Assembly: GCA_963824555.1 (NCBI GenBank)
Contig: CAWGPW010000016.1
Span: 611,109-675,108 of the forward strand
From: an uncultured delta proteobacterium
GTDB taxonomy: Bacteria > Myxococcota_A > Polyangia > Fen-1088
DNA: 64,000 nt
Direction of reading: 5' to 3'
A program made the translations under genes and the position numbers. Within the stretch, counting starts at the first letter, position 1, and the number at the start of each line of letters is the position of its first letter. Under the pieces are notes generated by a model. That model was not told the DNA's origin and made no database searches. It saw only the letters and a program-made list of their open reading frames with translations. This document shows, piece by piece, positions 9,510 to 19,565 of the stretch.

Positions 9510-10172
9510 CTAGCGCTTGCGAATGGCCTTGAGCAGGGAGGGCAGCTCGGCCTCGGGGTGGTCGGCGTGGTGGCCCATCTTGCGTCGTTTGACCGCGAGG
9601 TAACCGGCGTTGTGTTGGTTCTCGCCCACCCAGTGGGCGACACGCGTGGCGACCACGACACCCGCATCTTCCAGACCCTTGACCTTGAGCGGGTTGTTGG
9701 TGAGCAGGCGCACCGACTCGACCCCGAGGTCGCTCAAAATGGCGCCCGCGATATCGTAGTTACGTGCATCGGCCTCGAATCCCAGGGCCAGATTCGCCTC
9801 GACCGTGTCCGCGCCGCCATTTTGCAGGGCGTAGGCGCGAACCTTGTTGCCGAGCCCGATCCCGCGCCCTTCCTGGCGCAGGTAGACCACCACGCCCGAT
9901 CCCTCGGCCGCGATACGCTCCATGGCCGTGTGGAACTGCTCGCGGCAATCGCACTTGAGCGAGCCCATGACCTCCGAGGTCCAGCACTCCGAGTGTACCC
10001 GCGCGAGCACGTTGGCTTTCCCGCGAATGCGACCACGCACCAGCGCCATGTGCTCGCGCGCGCAGATCGGGTTCTGGCAGGCGGGATTCTCCTCGGGCTC
10101 GCGATACACGACGAGCCGGAACGGCCCGTGCACCGTTGGTAGATCTGCTTCGGAGTAGCGCTCGAGCTTCAT
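9510..10172 (-). CDS. ribA: GTP cyclohydrolase II
   Basis: 220 aa. VHSECWTSEVMGSLKCDCREQ (zinc site) and YLRQEGRGIGLGNKVRAYALQ. Confidence 0.9.
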   Translation of the reverse strand: MKLERYSEADLPTVHGPFRLVVYREPEENPACQNPICAREHMALVRGRIRGKANVLARVHSECWTSEVMGSLKCDCREQFHTAMERIAAEGSGVVVYLRQEGRGIGLGNKVRAYALQNGGADTVEANLALGFEADARNYDIAGAILSDLGVESVRLLTNNPLKVKGLEDAGVVVATRVAHWVGENQHNAGYLAVKRRKMGHHADHPEAELPSLLKAIRKR

Positions 10173-10302
10173 CGAGAATGCCGCTTCTGCGGCTAAACGT
10201 ACGGGTCCGATCCCGGCTTGTCAACGCGCACGGGAAGCCGAAAACCGCCACGACTCGGGCCGGCTTGCTTGCTTTCTCGTCGAGTGTCATTCTGTACTCT
10301 CC

Positions 10303-10836
10303 ATGCCAGTTCGCACGATTCTGCGTTTTCCCGACCCGCGCTTGCGTCAGACGTCGAAGCCGGTGATCGCCTTCGACGCGACCTTGCGCCAGCTGGTTTC
10401 GGATATGAAGGACACCATGTACCTGGCCGAGGGCGCCGGGCTGGCAGCCATCCAGATCGGCGAGGCGTTGCGCCTGTTCATCGTCGATCCCGAGGTCGCC
10501 GGGGCCGGCGACGACGCCCCCCCGCTCGTGCTCGCCAATCCCGAGCTGGTGTGGATCTCCGAGGAAGAACAGACCGGGGACGAGGGCTGCCTATCGTTCC
10601 CTGGCATCTTCGTTCCGGTGAAACGTGGCCAGCGGGCGCGGGTACGCGCCCAGGACGTGGATGGCAAGAGCTTCGAGGTCGAGGGCGAGGGGCTCTTCGC
10701 GCGCGCCCTGCAGCACGAGAACGATCACCTGACCGGCCGACTGCTCGTCGACATGGTTGGACCGGTCAAGCGTCAGATCATCAAGCGCAAGATGCGCAAA
10801 GAAAACGAGAAGGAAGACGGAGCCGAGGCGACCTAG
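10303..10836 (+). CDS. def: Peptide deformylase
   Basis: 177 aa. GAGLAAIQIG, EGCLSFPG and HENDHL motifs. Confidence 0.95.
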   Translation: MPVRTILRFPDPRLRQTSKPVIAFDATLRQLVSDMKDTMYLAEGAGLAAIQIGEALRLFIVDPEVAGAGDDAPPLVLANPELVWISEEEQTGDEGCLSFPGIFVPVKRGQRARVRAQDVDGKSFEVEGEGLFARALQHENDHLTGRLLVDMVGPVKRQIIKRKMRKENEKEDGAEAT

Positions 10837-10858
10837 CCCCGACTTCGCTTCCGCCGCC

Positions 10859-11221
10859 ATGCCCACGCTGGTCCTTTCCAGGATCACCTTCGAAGGCCGC
10901 CACGGAGCCACCGAGACCGAGCGCAAGAGCCTGCGTACGTTCGAGGTGGATGTGGAGATCGAAACATCGATCGAACAGGCGAGCAAGAGCGACGATCTCC
11001 ACGATACCATCGACTATCGAACCGTGGCCGAGACCATCGTGGAGCTCGGTACCCTGGAAACGCACCACCTGCTGGAGTCTCTCGGCGCGCGCATGCTGGG
11101 CGCCCTGAGCGCGAAATTCCCGGCCGCCTCCTTCCGCCTCGAGCTGCGCAAGCTCAACCCGCCTGCCTGCCCCGGCCACCCCGCCCACGCGGCCGTGCGC
11201 ATGCAGCGCGCAGGTAGCTGA
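10859..11221 (+). CDS. folB: Dihydroneopterin aldolase
   Basis: MPTLVLSRITFEGRHGATETERKSLRTFEVDVEIE..DDLHDTIDYRTV is a FolB-like pattern. The ATG at 10859 is chosen within the longer tracked ORF. Confidence 0.75.
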   Translation: MPTLVLSRITFEGRHGATETERKSLRTFEVDVEIETSIEQASKSDDLHDTIDYRTVAETIVELGTLETHHLLESLGARMLGALSAKFPAASFRLELRKLNPPACPGHPAHAAVRMQRAGS

Positions 11222-11226
11222 AAAGC

Positions 11227-11320
11227 ACACCACAGAGACACAGGGAACACTGAGGTTGCGGAGGAAGAAATGGTTCGGATCCAGATCCGAAAGCCCTGCT
11301 TCCCCTCCGTCTCTGTGCCC
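11227..11320. repeat. Family-A hairpin repeat (CACAGAG arms, GGATC-N-GATCC centre), copy 1
   Basis: caccacagagacacag..cggatccagatccg..ctctgtg. The same architecture occurs at 28378, 32088 and 60733, with a half copy at 58636. Confidence 0.75.
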
Positions 11321-11341
11321 TCGGCGTCTGACCTGGAACCA

Positions 11342-11376
11342 CCTCGCCCCGCGCAGCGGAGCGTAGCGGGGAGAGG
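11342..11376. repeat. Family-C GC hairpin (CCTCGCCCCGC-N13-GCGGGGAGAGG)
   Basis: Near-identical to 44483-44517. Related segments GGCGAGGCCGAGCGCAGCGAGGGG occur inside family-B copies. Confidence 0.65.
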
Positions 11377-11479
11377 TCGCCGAGCGCAGCGAGGCGGGTG
11401 AGGGGCCGCCACGTTTCATATCTGAAGGATCTGGGCCTTGGGCCCGGCGGCGAAACTCTGTGGTGTTTCTTCCGGCGGA

Positions 11480-11911
11480 TCAATCCCCGTCGCTGCGACC
11501 GACCTTGCCGCGCAGGCTTTTCACGCTCGAGCGGGCGTGTTTGTCGGCGAGCATGCGGTTCTTCGCGCGTCGCGAGCGGCGGCGTTTTTGCCGCCGGATG
11601 CGTTCGATCTCCTGCACGCGCCGGCTCTCCGCGCCCAGCTTCGCTGCTTCGATCTTGTCCGCGAGCAACTTGCGCGCGAGGTAGCGATTGAGACCTTGCG
11701 AGCGTTCCTGTTGGCACTTGATACGCAAGCCGCTCGGGGCATGGAAGAGCACGACGCAGGTGGCGACCTTGTTCACGTTTTGGCCGCCCTTGCCTTGCGA
11801 GGTCACGAAGGATTCCTGCAAGTCTTCTTCGCGGATGCCAAGCCCAAGCATGCGGCTGCGCAACGCCGAGAGCTTCTCCCGCGAAACGGGAAAAACCAGG
11901 CCACCGCTCAC
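11480..11911 (-). CDS. arfB: RF-1-domain peptidyl-tRNA hydrolase, ArfB/ICT1-like ribosome rescue factor
   Basis: 143 aa. GGQ motif (SQGKGGQNVNKV) and a basic C-terminal tail (RRQKRRRSRRAKNR..KSLRGKV), as in ArfB. Confidence 0.75.
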   Translation of the reverse strand: MSGGLVFPVSREKLSALRSRMLGLGIREEDLQESFVTSQGKGGQNVNKVATCVVLFHAPSGLRIKCQQERSQGLNRYLARKLLADKIEAAKLGAESRRVQEIERIRRQKRRRSRRAKNRMLADKHARSSVKSLRGKVGRSDGD

Positions 11912-12327
11912 AGCAGATCCCCGCTGCCGCCGGGCCCCCCCGTGGACTCGTCCTCGCCCTCACCATCATCGCTGGCGTTGATGTCGTCCCAGAAGCGATC
12001 CCAAGCCTCGCTGGTCGAGGTCAGCGCGATGGCCATCGCCGGCGAGGTGCTCCCCTCGCTGCTTCCCTCCAGATCGGAGAAGCACCGAACCACCACCCCG
12101 ACCGCGAAGACCGCCTCGCCCTGCGCGCCCAGCACGCGAATGCGCAACAGCGTTCCCACCCTGCGCGTCTCGCTGCTGAGCACGAACAGTCCGCCGCGAC
12201 TGACGTCCACGCTGCGGCCGAGAAAGCTTCCCTGCGTGTCAGACAGATTCACCCGAACATGGATCGGGTTGCGGCGCGAGGATCGTCGCTCACGGGCCGA
12301 ATTCGGAATCGGATCCTTGGGGCTCAT
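11908..12327 (-). CDS. PilZ-domain protein
   Basis: MSPKDPIP..RRSSRRNPIHVRVNL..GRSVDVSRGGLFV (RxxxR plus D/NxSxxG PilZ signature) with an acidic tail. The stop overlaps the arfB start by 4 nt. The ATG at 12327 is preferred to the tracked 12450. Confidence 0.7.
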   Translation of the reverse strand: MSPKDPIPNSARERRSSRRNPIHVRVNLSDTQGSFLGRSVDVSRGGLFVLSSETRRVGTLLRIRVLGAQGEAVFAVGVVVRCFSDLEGSSEGSTSPAMAIALTSTSEAWDRFWDDINASDDGEGEDESTGGPGGSGDLL

Positions 12328-12356
12328 CCTGACGACCTCACCGCACCCGGTCTCCC

Positions 12357-13316
12357 CTAGCCTGCGGCCGGCTCGCTGTCGCTTACTTTGCGCGGCGCCA
12401 CCTTGCCGTCCATGTAGTCTTCCAGGAACCTCTTGGCCGGCGCCTCCCACGCATCGCCATAGGTCTGCGCGTAGCCAAAGGCTTCCTCGCGGCTGCCCGG
12501 GGGTGCGGCGTTGAGGTTGGCGGCGCGTTTAGGGATGCGCCCGAGCAGAACCTTGCCGAGGTGGCCGTTGGCGGCCAGGGCTTTGTCCAGCGCCTCCTCG
12601 GCGGTCTTGGAATCGCCGGCCAGGAAATGCGCCAGTGCCAAGCTCATGAACGCGCGGCCGATACCTGCTTCGAGCTTGGTCGCGACCTCGAGCACCGTGG
12701 CGGCCTCGGCGGCCCGCCCCAGCTTGATGAGCGCGATGCCGGCAATGAGGCGTGCCTCGGTGCCGACAGGCCCCTCGTCCACCGCGTAGACCCGCTCGAG
12801 CTCGACCAAGGCCTCGTCGTATTTCTTCTCGTCGAATTCAAGACACCCGAGCGCGTGGCACGAGCGGACGAAGGACTGGGCTTCCTTGCGCGTGAACGCA
12901 TCCTTGGCACCCGACTTGCGCAATTCGGCCGCGACAGCCTCGGACGCGCGCTGGACCTCGCGAAACTCCTTGCGCGCACCTTCGTTGTCGCCGGTCTGCA
13001 GGCGGGCCAGTCCGATCCCGGCCAGGGCATCGGCCCAATCCGGCCGCAACGCAAGGGCCGCGCGGAACTCCTTCTCCGCGGCCCCCGGACGACGCTGCTC
13101 GAAAAGTCGCCAGCCCGAGGCGAGCATCTGGTCGGGATCGGGCGCTTCCGGCGGGGCCACCGTGGCACCTTCGTCCTCGACGAGATGGCATTTCTTGTAT
13201 TTCTTGCCCGAACCGCAGGGACAGGGATCGTTTCTTCCCGTGCCGGCGAGGCGCGCGCGCGCCTGGTCGGCCTTGTCTTCGCCCGATGTGTTTTCTTTCG
13301 CTTGCGTTCCAGTCAC
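12357..13316 (-). CDS. SEC-C motif plus TPR-repeat protein
   Basis: GRNDPCPCGSGKKYKKCH (SEC-C metal-binding motif), followed by TPR-like A/L/Y-rich helical repeats. Confidence 0.75.
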   Translation of the reverse strand: MTGTQAKENTSGEDKADQARARLAGTGRNDPCPCGSGKKYKKCHLVEDEGATVAPPEAPDPDQMLASGWRLFEQRRPGAAEKEFRAALALRPDWADALAGIGLARLQTGDNEGARKEFREVQRASEAVAAELRKSGAKDAFTRKEAQSFVRSCHALGCLEFDEKKYDEALVELERVYAVDEGPVGTEARLIAGIALIKLGRAAEAATVLEVATKLEAGIGRAFMSLALAHFLAGDSKTAEEALDKALAANGHLGKVLLGRIPKRAANLNAAPPGSREEAFGYAQTYGDAWEAPAKRFLEDYMDGKVAPRKVSDSEPAAG

Positions 13317-13379
13317 CCTCTTAGTGTATCCACTCTGGCCACCACAGTCGACGGCGAAGACGCGGCGAAGATGCAGCCT

Positions 13380-14240
13380 CTACCGGCCACCCGGGCTCAG
13401 CTTGGCGACCTCGGCCTGCAAGCGCCCAAGCACACTCTTGTCGATGTCGGCCAGGCGAATGCCGATGCGATGCCCGTCCTTGGCCACCACCTTGCCCTTG
13501 CCGTGGAAGAGCGAAATCCCATCGCTGTCGACGATGGCCACGTCGAAGGCCGCGCCCAGGGAGGCCTCTTCCTCGATGGGAATCACGAACCCCCCCAGGC
13601 GAATATTGATGAGGGGGTTGTTGGTGAAGTAGCCGACGGTAAGCGGGGTCAGGCGGACGTGCAGATCGTGACCGACGACCGAGAGTCCCGGCTGAACCCG
13701 CGTGGCGCCGTGGAGCGGGTACGACGCGCGCACGGGCGACGGCGTGACCGGCTTGCCTTCGACGGGCCGTGTGTCGCCGGAGAAGTCGAGCGGGACCTTC
13801 GGCGTCCGACCTTCCTTCTCGTTGGTGGCCACGATGCCTTCCAGGCACTTGCGGCTGTCATCGTCCAGCTCACGAAATCTCACGCCCATGCCGGGGAACG
13901 GACTGCGGGTGACCCTCACCACGTCGCCCTTGCCCTTGAGCAGCGAGAGCCCGTCTTCGAGCGCGAGCTCGAACTCGACCATGGAGCCCACGGAGCCGGG
14001 ATTGTCGCAGGCCAGGAACATCCCGGTGCGACTGATGTTCAACGATTGGCTGTCATGAAAGTCGAGGATACTGCTGTAGCGAACCTTGACCTGCGCCACG
14101 ACGGGCACGCGTCGATCGCGAGGGATCTCTCCGGTGGACAGGGGACTGGAGTCGGAGATCGAATAGGGTCTGGATGGCCGGCTGCTCGCCAGAGCACCCG
14201 GAATCGAACCGGATTCTTTGCTGCTCTTTGCTTCCGCCAT
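13380..14240 (-). CDS. PilZ-domain protein, probably tandem PilZ
   Basis: 286 aa. RDRRVPVVAQVKVRY..SQSLNISRTGMFLA is a clear PilZ signature. The C-terminal half has a similar beta-barrel-like pattern (VRLTPLTVGYF..IRLGGFVIP). Confidence 0.65.
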   Translation of the reverse strand: MAEAKSSKESGSIPGALASSRPSRPYSISDSSPLSTGEIPRDRRVPVVAQVKVRYSSILDFHDSQSLNISRTGMFLACDNPGSVGSMVEFELALEDGLSLLKGKGDVVRVTRSPFPGMGVRFRELDDDSRKCLEGIVATNEKEGRTPKVPLDFSGDTRPVEGKPVTPSPVRASYPLHGATRVQPGLSVVGHDLHVRLTPLTVGYFTNNPLINIRLGGFVIPIEEEASLGAAFDVAIVDSDGISLFHGKGKVVAKDGHRIGIRLADIDKSVLGRLQAEVAKLSPGGR

Positions 14241-14258
14241 GGATCCGAATGGGTGCGT

Positions 14259-14522
14259 CTAGGGCGCGAAATCGGGAGGATTGCTCCCGCCCGCGCCGAA
14301 AAAAAACTGCTCGGCCTGTTCGAAGAGAAGCTTCTGGCCGGCGTCCGAGCCGAGGTCCAAGCGGAACTCGTTGACGATGCGCTTGGAAAACTCGATCCAC
14401 TGCATCCACGCCTGTTGCGAGACGTTGTCATAGATCCGCTGCCCGAGCTCGTTCTTGAAAGGCTTGTAGCTCATCCCGGGCAGCTCTTGCCCCAACTTGG
14501 CGCACTTGACTAGGCGAGGCAT
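14259..14522 (-). CDS. yggX: Fe(2+)-trafficking / oxidative-damage protection protein YggX
   Basis: MPRLVKCAKLGQELPGMSYKPFKNELGQRIYDNVSQQAWMQWIEFSKRIVNEFRLD aligns by eye with YggX. Start at 14522. Confidence 0.8.
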   Translation of the reverse strand: MPRLVKCAKLGQELPGMSYKPFKNELGQRIYDNVSQQAWMQWIEFSKRIVNEFRLDLGSDAGQKLLFEQAEQFFFGAGGSNPPDFAP

Positions 14523-14801
14523 CGGGCCTCCTTGATGGCGATCATGAGGGAGGATCTTAGCAGGTCTTTCGCCCCTCACGCCCCTATCTGGTAGCCGCGC
14601 CGCGCGCGTCCAGCCCACCTCCCGTAGGTCGCGAGCTCACCGGAAAAGAACGGTCCCGAGCACCCAGTCGACAAGCTACCGTTGCTCCCTTCCAGGCCTG
14701 GCGGGGTTCGCAAGTGTTCCGTCGCCCGGGACCGCCTCCCTTTTCCCACAACCGGGGCCGAATCGCCAGTGCCAAAGAGGGTTGCTGGCGCTGGTGATGG
14801 T

Positions 14802-15725
14802 CTATCCGGTGATGCCTTGTCGGCGCAGGTAGTCCACGTAGTACTCGGAGGGCTGACGCTCGCTGAGCTCGCCGCGCTCGATGGCGTCCTCGCACAGCTT
14901 GCGCAGCTCGCCCACGCGACGGGACGGCGCAAGGTTGAAGGCCTCCATGATGGCGTTGCCCACGCCGGGCGGCAGGGGCGGCACGCGCGCGTCGAGCTCG
15001 CGCACGGCCAAGATCCTTTGCATGAGCGCCTCGATATTGAGAGCGGCCTCTTGCCGGCGGCCCGGACGCGCCGAGGTGACATCGGCGCACGAGAGGCCGA
15101 CCAGATCTTCGAGGAGGTCGCCCATTTCGTGGTCGAATCTGCGCACCGCCGCGTCGGTCCACTCGGCCTCGTAGGCGTTGGCGCGCAGGTGGTGCAGGAT
15201 GAGCGCTTGGATCTTCTGCCGATCGACGCGCGCGAAACCGAGGCGGCGGGCGATAGGGCCGAACATGCGCGCGCCAAGCTCGGCGTGACGGTGGAAGGTC
15301 ACGCGACCGTCTGGCAGAAACTCGCGCGTGGAAACCTTGCCGATGTCGTGGAGCAAGGCCGCCCAGCGCACCAGCGGTCGCTCGGGTGCCTGCATGACGA
15401 CCTGTTTGGTGTGCTCCCAGACGTCCTTGTGTCTGCGCCCGGCCTCCTGCGAAAAATCGACCGTGGCTTCGAGCTCGGGCAGGAGCGCGGCCAGCACCCC
15501 GGCATCGTGAAGCCATTGCAGCGCTTGCGCCACGAACGGACCCATGATGACGAGCTCGATTGCCTGGCGCTGGCGAGCGGGCGGCAGGGCGGCCAAACCC
15601 TTGGCAGCGAGCCGCGCGGCCTGGGTAACCTCGGGAGCCACGTCCGTGCCAGAGCTCGCCAGGTGGACCGCCACATCCAAAATCGCCTCCGCTCCGGCAC
15701 CGAACGGCTCCGCGTTCTCACGCAT
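14802..15725 (-). CDS. HD (HDIG-type) phosphohydrolase-domain protein
   Basis: 307 aa. [13 protein letters not shown] and ALLHDIGK motifs. Resembles the C-terminal part of CCA-adding/poly(A)-polymerase-family enzymes, but I saw no nucleotidyltransferase head. Confidence 0.65.
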   Translation of the reverse strand: MRENAEPFGAGAEAILDVAVHLASSGTDVAPEVTQAARLAAKGLAALPPARQRQAIELVIMGPFVAQALQWLHDAGVLAALLPELEATVDFSQEAGRRHKDVWEHTKQVVMQAPERPLVRWAALLHDIGKVSTREFLPDGRVTFHRHAELGARMFGPIARRLGFARVDRQKIQALILHHLRANAYEAEWTDAAVRRFDHEMGDLLEDLVGLSCADVTSARPGRRQEAALNIEALMQRILAVRELDARVPPLPPGVGNAIMEAFNLAPSRRVGELRKLCEDAIERGELSERQPSEYYVDYLRRQGITG

Positions 15726-15802
15726 GGATCAACACCAGCTCTCGCAAAACCTGCGCCCGAATGAACCTACGTTCGCTTGAACCTACGCCAATCGTGAAAA
15801 AC

Positions 15803-16393
15803 CTACGGTTGGGGAATCTTCTTCTTGTCTTGGTCCCACTTCTTCCGCAAGTGGTCGAGGATCGGCTGGGGCTGCTTGAGACGACCGGCCAGGCTCTTTT
15901 CCGAAATGGGGTAGTTGGTGCCGAACTTGAGACCTTCGTCGTAAAGGAATGTCCCGACCTCTTGGTCGTCGACGAACTGCGAGATCTTCTTGCGTGCATA
16001 CGCTGCCTTGCGCAGCGAGGTCCACCGACCGTCGAACCACCCCATCAGGGCTTGGCCACATGCGCGTTCGAACACGGACAGCTCGCCGGAAAAACGGCCA
16101 AACTCTTCCTCGAAGCGCGCTTTGAACAGGGGCGCGCTTTCACCACCACTTGCCAGCACGTGTTTGGCCGCGAGGCGGAGCACGATGGCATCCTCGCCAT
16201 AGCGCAGATAGGGCTCCACGTTCCCTTCGCGCGGCGTAATGATGTACACCACCGCAGCGGCGGCGATTTCGCGCGCGTCGTGCTCGAGGTCTGGATCCGA
16301 CACCGCCTCGAGAAGAACCTTGAGATCGAAGGGCAGCGAAACCAAGGTTCGCGCAAGTGTTTCCAGGAAACTGCGCTCTTGGTCCTTGTCCAT
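15803..16393 (-). CDS. Hypothetical protein
   Basis: 196-aa ORF with coding-like composition. No recognisable motif. Lys-rich C-terminus. Confidence 0.5.
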   Translation of the reverse strand: MDKDQERSFLETLARTLVSLPFDLKVLLEAVSDPDLEHDAREIAAAAVVYIITPREGNVEPYLRYGEDAIVLRLAAKHVLASGGESAPLFKARFEEEFGRFSGELSVFERACGQALMGWFDGRWTSLRKAAYARKKISQFVDDQEVGTFLYDEGLKFGTNYPISEKSLAGRLKQPQPILDHLRKKWDQDKKKIPQP

Positions 16394-16649
16394 GGGTCGT
16401 GTTGGGGCGAGAGAATGGTTGGCGAATGGCTGGCGACTGACTGCCGCCGCCGGATGTCGCTCATACTACCCAATTCTCAAAGGAAAGACACTGCCTAGCG
16501 GCGCTCGGCCCTTCATTCTCGCGAGGCACGGTGCGCTGCGGGCTCTCGAACCCTGGGGAACCCTTGGAAGCGATTGATTCGCCGGCCAACAGTCCTTAAA
16601 CTCAGGGGCCGGGCGGCAAGTGGCTCACGCTACCCGAGAGGCAAATTAG

Positions 16650-16973
16650 GTGTCAGACAACTTTCGTCGAACAGATCCCCGCTACGCGCGTCGTTTGGAC
16701 GTGGAGGTCATCGCTGGCGACCAGATACGCGCGGCCACCACGGTCAACATTTCCTTGGGTGGTCTCTTCGTGGAGACCAACGAGGTCTTCCCACTGCAAA
16801 CTCGGCTGCAAATCCGTTTCCGGATTCCGACCCAGCCCGAGCCTATCGAGGTCAGCGGTGAAGTACGCTGGGTCGAACCTGGCGGTGGCGGCCAGCCCAG
16901 CGGCATGGGCATTCGTTTTCAAGGTCTGCGCGCCCGCGAGGTCTGGGCCCTGAACCGCTTCTTTCAAGGCTAA
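16650..16973 (+). CDS. PilZ-domain protein
   Basis: 107 aa with GTG start after GAGAGG. RRTDPRYARRLDV..TTVNISLGGLFV PilZ signature. Confidence 0.75.
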   Translation: MSDNFRRTDPRYARRLDVEVIAGDQIRAATTVNISLGGLFVETNEVFPLQTRLQIRFRIPTQPEPIEVSGEVRWVEPGGGGQPSGMGIRFQGLRAREVWALNRFFQG

Positions 16974-16975
16974 TC

Positions 16976-17216
16976 GCGAACCCTCCCAGGGTTCCCATCT
17001 CAGTCGCGATCGCGGAGCCGGGCTTTGCCCGGCGGAGCCAAAACGCGGGAGGGTTTGGCGAGGCCGCGCGTAGCGCGGGGGTGGCAGGGCGGGCTGGCGG
17101 GTGCCGAGTGCGCAGCGAACCCTCCCAGGGTTCCCATGATTGCGTTGGCGGAGCCGGGCTTTGCCCGGCGAAGCCACAGCGCGGGAGGGTTTGGGAACCC
17201 TCCGAGGGTTCCCATG
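16976..17216. repeat. Family-B repeat, two tandem units (palindrome GCGAACCCTCCCAGGGTTCCCAT plus core GCGGAGCCGGGCTTTGCCCGGCG..GCGGGAGGGTTTGG)
   Basis: Palindromes at about 16976, 17115 and 17192. Related copies at 19563-19640 (inverted) and 31255-31436. Confidence 0.8.
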
Positions 17217-17227
17217 TATACAGGACC

Positions 17228-19565
17228 CTATCGCCGGAGCGATTCGGGCAGAAGTGGCGACGGCGATCCCGTGTACGTGATCCACAACTGGTGGGCCGCG
17301 CGGGTCATGGCCACGTGCAGAAGGCGGCGCGCATGCTCGCTGTCCGGGTACGACTCCTGATTCGCGTCGAGCAGAATCACGATGTCGAATTCGAGCCCTT
17401 TGGTCTGTTTGACGTCGGTCACGTCGATACCGGGCCGGAAACAAAAGTCCTGATCGGCGACAAGCCGCAGCCCGGGTACCTCCGCAGCCGAGAGCGCCTC
17501 GAAGTACAGACTCGCCTGCTCGCTATGACGAGCGATCAAGGCCACCGACGCCAAGGGCTCGCGGTGCATGAGATCGCGCAGGACACGCACCAGGAGCTCG
17601 CACGCCTCGCCCGACGAAGCGAAACGAAAACTCTCGACCTCGGCGCCCAGGCGCGGGACTTGCGGCCGCTCGTCGCCCATGAGCGGCCCGAGCACATGCA
17701 GGGCGCAGTCGACGATCTGGCGGGTGGAGCGGTAGCTGATGCGCAGGGGCTCTACGCAGGCGTGCGGCAGGCCCAGACGTTCGAGCATCTCGGTCCAGCT
17801 TACGAAACCATGTTCGGGTGCGATGCCCTGGTTGGTGTCGCCGGCCAGGGTGATCGATCGGCGCGCCGTCGTGCAATCGAGCAGCACCGCCAACTCCACG
17901 GGAGCGAAGTCTTGCACCTCATCGATCATCAGGTGGCGGTAGTCGAGCGGACCCTTTGAACCTTGCAAGGGCCCGCGCTGAAGTTGGTGGATGCGCAGAA
18001 GCAATGCCTCGTCCTCGGCATCGAGGGCGTAGGACTCGCCGTCGTCCTGGACATCTGACGCCCCGGTTCGCAAGCGCTCGCGATCCACGCACCAGCGGTG
18101 GATGCTTTCGATCTGGCCCTCGGAAAGCAGCCCGGGGGCGTGTTTGGCGAATCCGCTCGAAAGCGCCTGGCGATCGGTGAGCAAGGAAGCCCATTCTCCG
18201 ATCACATCGCGCGTGCGCTTGCGTAGGCGCGCGCCGCTGGTTTCGATGCGCGTGCGCAAGAGGGACGGCAGCGCGGCCTGCTTCACCCAGCGAGCCAGCT
18301 CGGTAACCCGCATGTCCACGGGCCCGTGGCTCCGATCCCAAACCGCGAGCAGGGGCTCGACCTCGGACCCGACGCCGAGCTCCCGATTCCAAGATGTGCC
18401 GGCACCAGTGCGCCATCTCCTCCTGCCGGTCGGCCAAGATGGCCAGCATCGCCCCGTGCGATTTCGCGCGCATCACGAGCGGTGGCGTGTTTTCGGTGAG
18501 GTCGTAGGAGAGGCCCGCCAGCGAGGCCCGCCGTACTTCCTCGGCCCAGTGGGCGAAGGTGCGAACCTTCACGCCCGGCACTTGCAGCTCGGGCAAGACG
18601 CGCGAGACGTAGGCCGCGAGCGCGCGCTGGTAGACGATGACCAACATGCTTTCTGCCCGAAAATACCCGGGCTCGGCAAAATTCAGGTAGGCGATGCGGT
18701 GCAGACCGATGGTGGTCTTGCCACTGCCCGCCGAACCCTGCACCACGATGACGCCCGAGCTCGGGCGGGAGATGAGCTCGAACTGCCGCGGGTCGATGAG
18801 CGCGGCGATGGCGGGCAGAAAGCGATCCGCCCGGCGCTGCCCGTGGCTTTCGAAACCGAGACGCGGCCGCTGCTCGGCCTGAGACGTGGGCGCTGACGAG
18901 CCGACCCACGCCGCGACGCCAAGCCGGACCTTGTCGAGATCCAGGCTGCGCCACGCGGTATCCGGGGGCTCGCGGGAAAAGATCCCTTGTGCCGAAGCAA
19001 CCCGCCGGAGCTCCGCGTCTACGATGGTCACCGTCCGTCTCGCCGTCACCTCGCCCGCCACTTCGCGCTCCCCCAGCCTCTCCTCGAAGGAGTCACCCTC
19101 GTCGTAGCGATAATAGAGACGCGAGACGGGCGCGTTTCGCCAGTCGACGATTTGCACGCCGCCACCAGGTTCTACGTATCCGCGCTGGCCGATGAGGACG
19201 TCCCGGCGCCGCCCGTCCTGCAGCAGGCGGAGGTGCCCGAAATAGGGCGACCGTCGGTCCACGGGAACGCTTTCGCCACGGCCGCGCTGGCGCGACAGCG
19301 CCTCGATTCGATGCATCTGTTCCAGCAGTGGACCCTGATCCTCGGGTTTGGCCTCGGCCAGGGCATCGCGCAGCTCGATGAGCGTGGCCGTGTCGTCGAC
19401 GGGCGTACGCGAGCGCTGCGGTGGCGAATCGATCTTGGCCAGCACCACGCGAAGAAGGGCTTGCTCTTCGGCGACAATCGCCGGAGGGCTGATACTGGCC
19501 TTTGCGGCTGTTGGTTCGGCGCCGCGCTCGTGGTCTTCGTTCTTCACGACAAAGTCGTCTGACAT
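17228..19565 (-). CDS. UvrD/HelD-like superfamily-1 helicase (helicase IV type), frame disrupted near 18390
   Basis: N-terminal part: YFGHLRL..IGQRGY..IVDWRNAPVSRLYY and Walker A VVQGSAGSGKTT. C-terminal part in another frame: HLMIDEVQDFAPVEL, LAGDTNQGI, VKQTKGLEFD, LHVAMTRA. The two tracked ORFs (17919..19802 and 17228..18319) join near 18390. Confidence 0.75.

Noticed and set aside
10173-10302. FMN riboswitch upstream of ribA; likewise TPP (thiE) or other leaders upstream of bioF and trpB2
   Set aside because: I could not find the conserved riboswitch core sequences by eye. The thiE and bioF leaders are too short (about 55 nt). A covariance-model scan would be needed to be certain.
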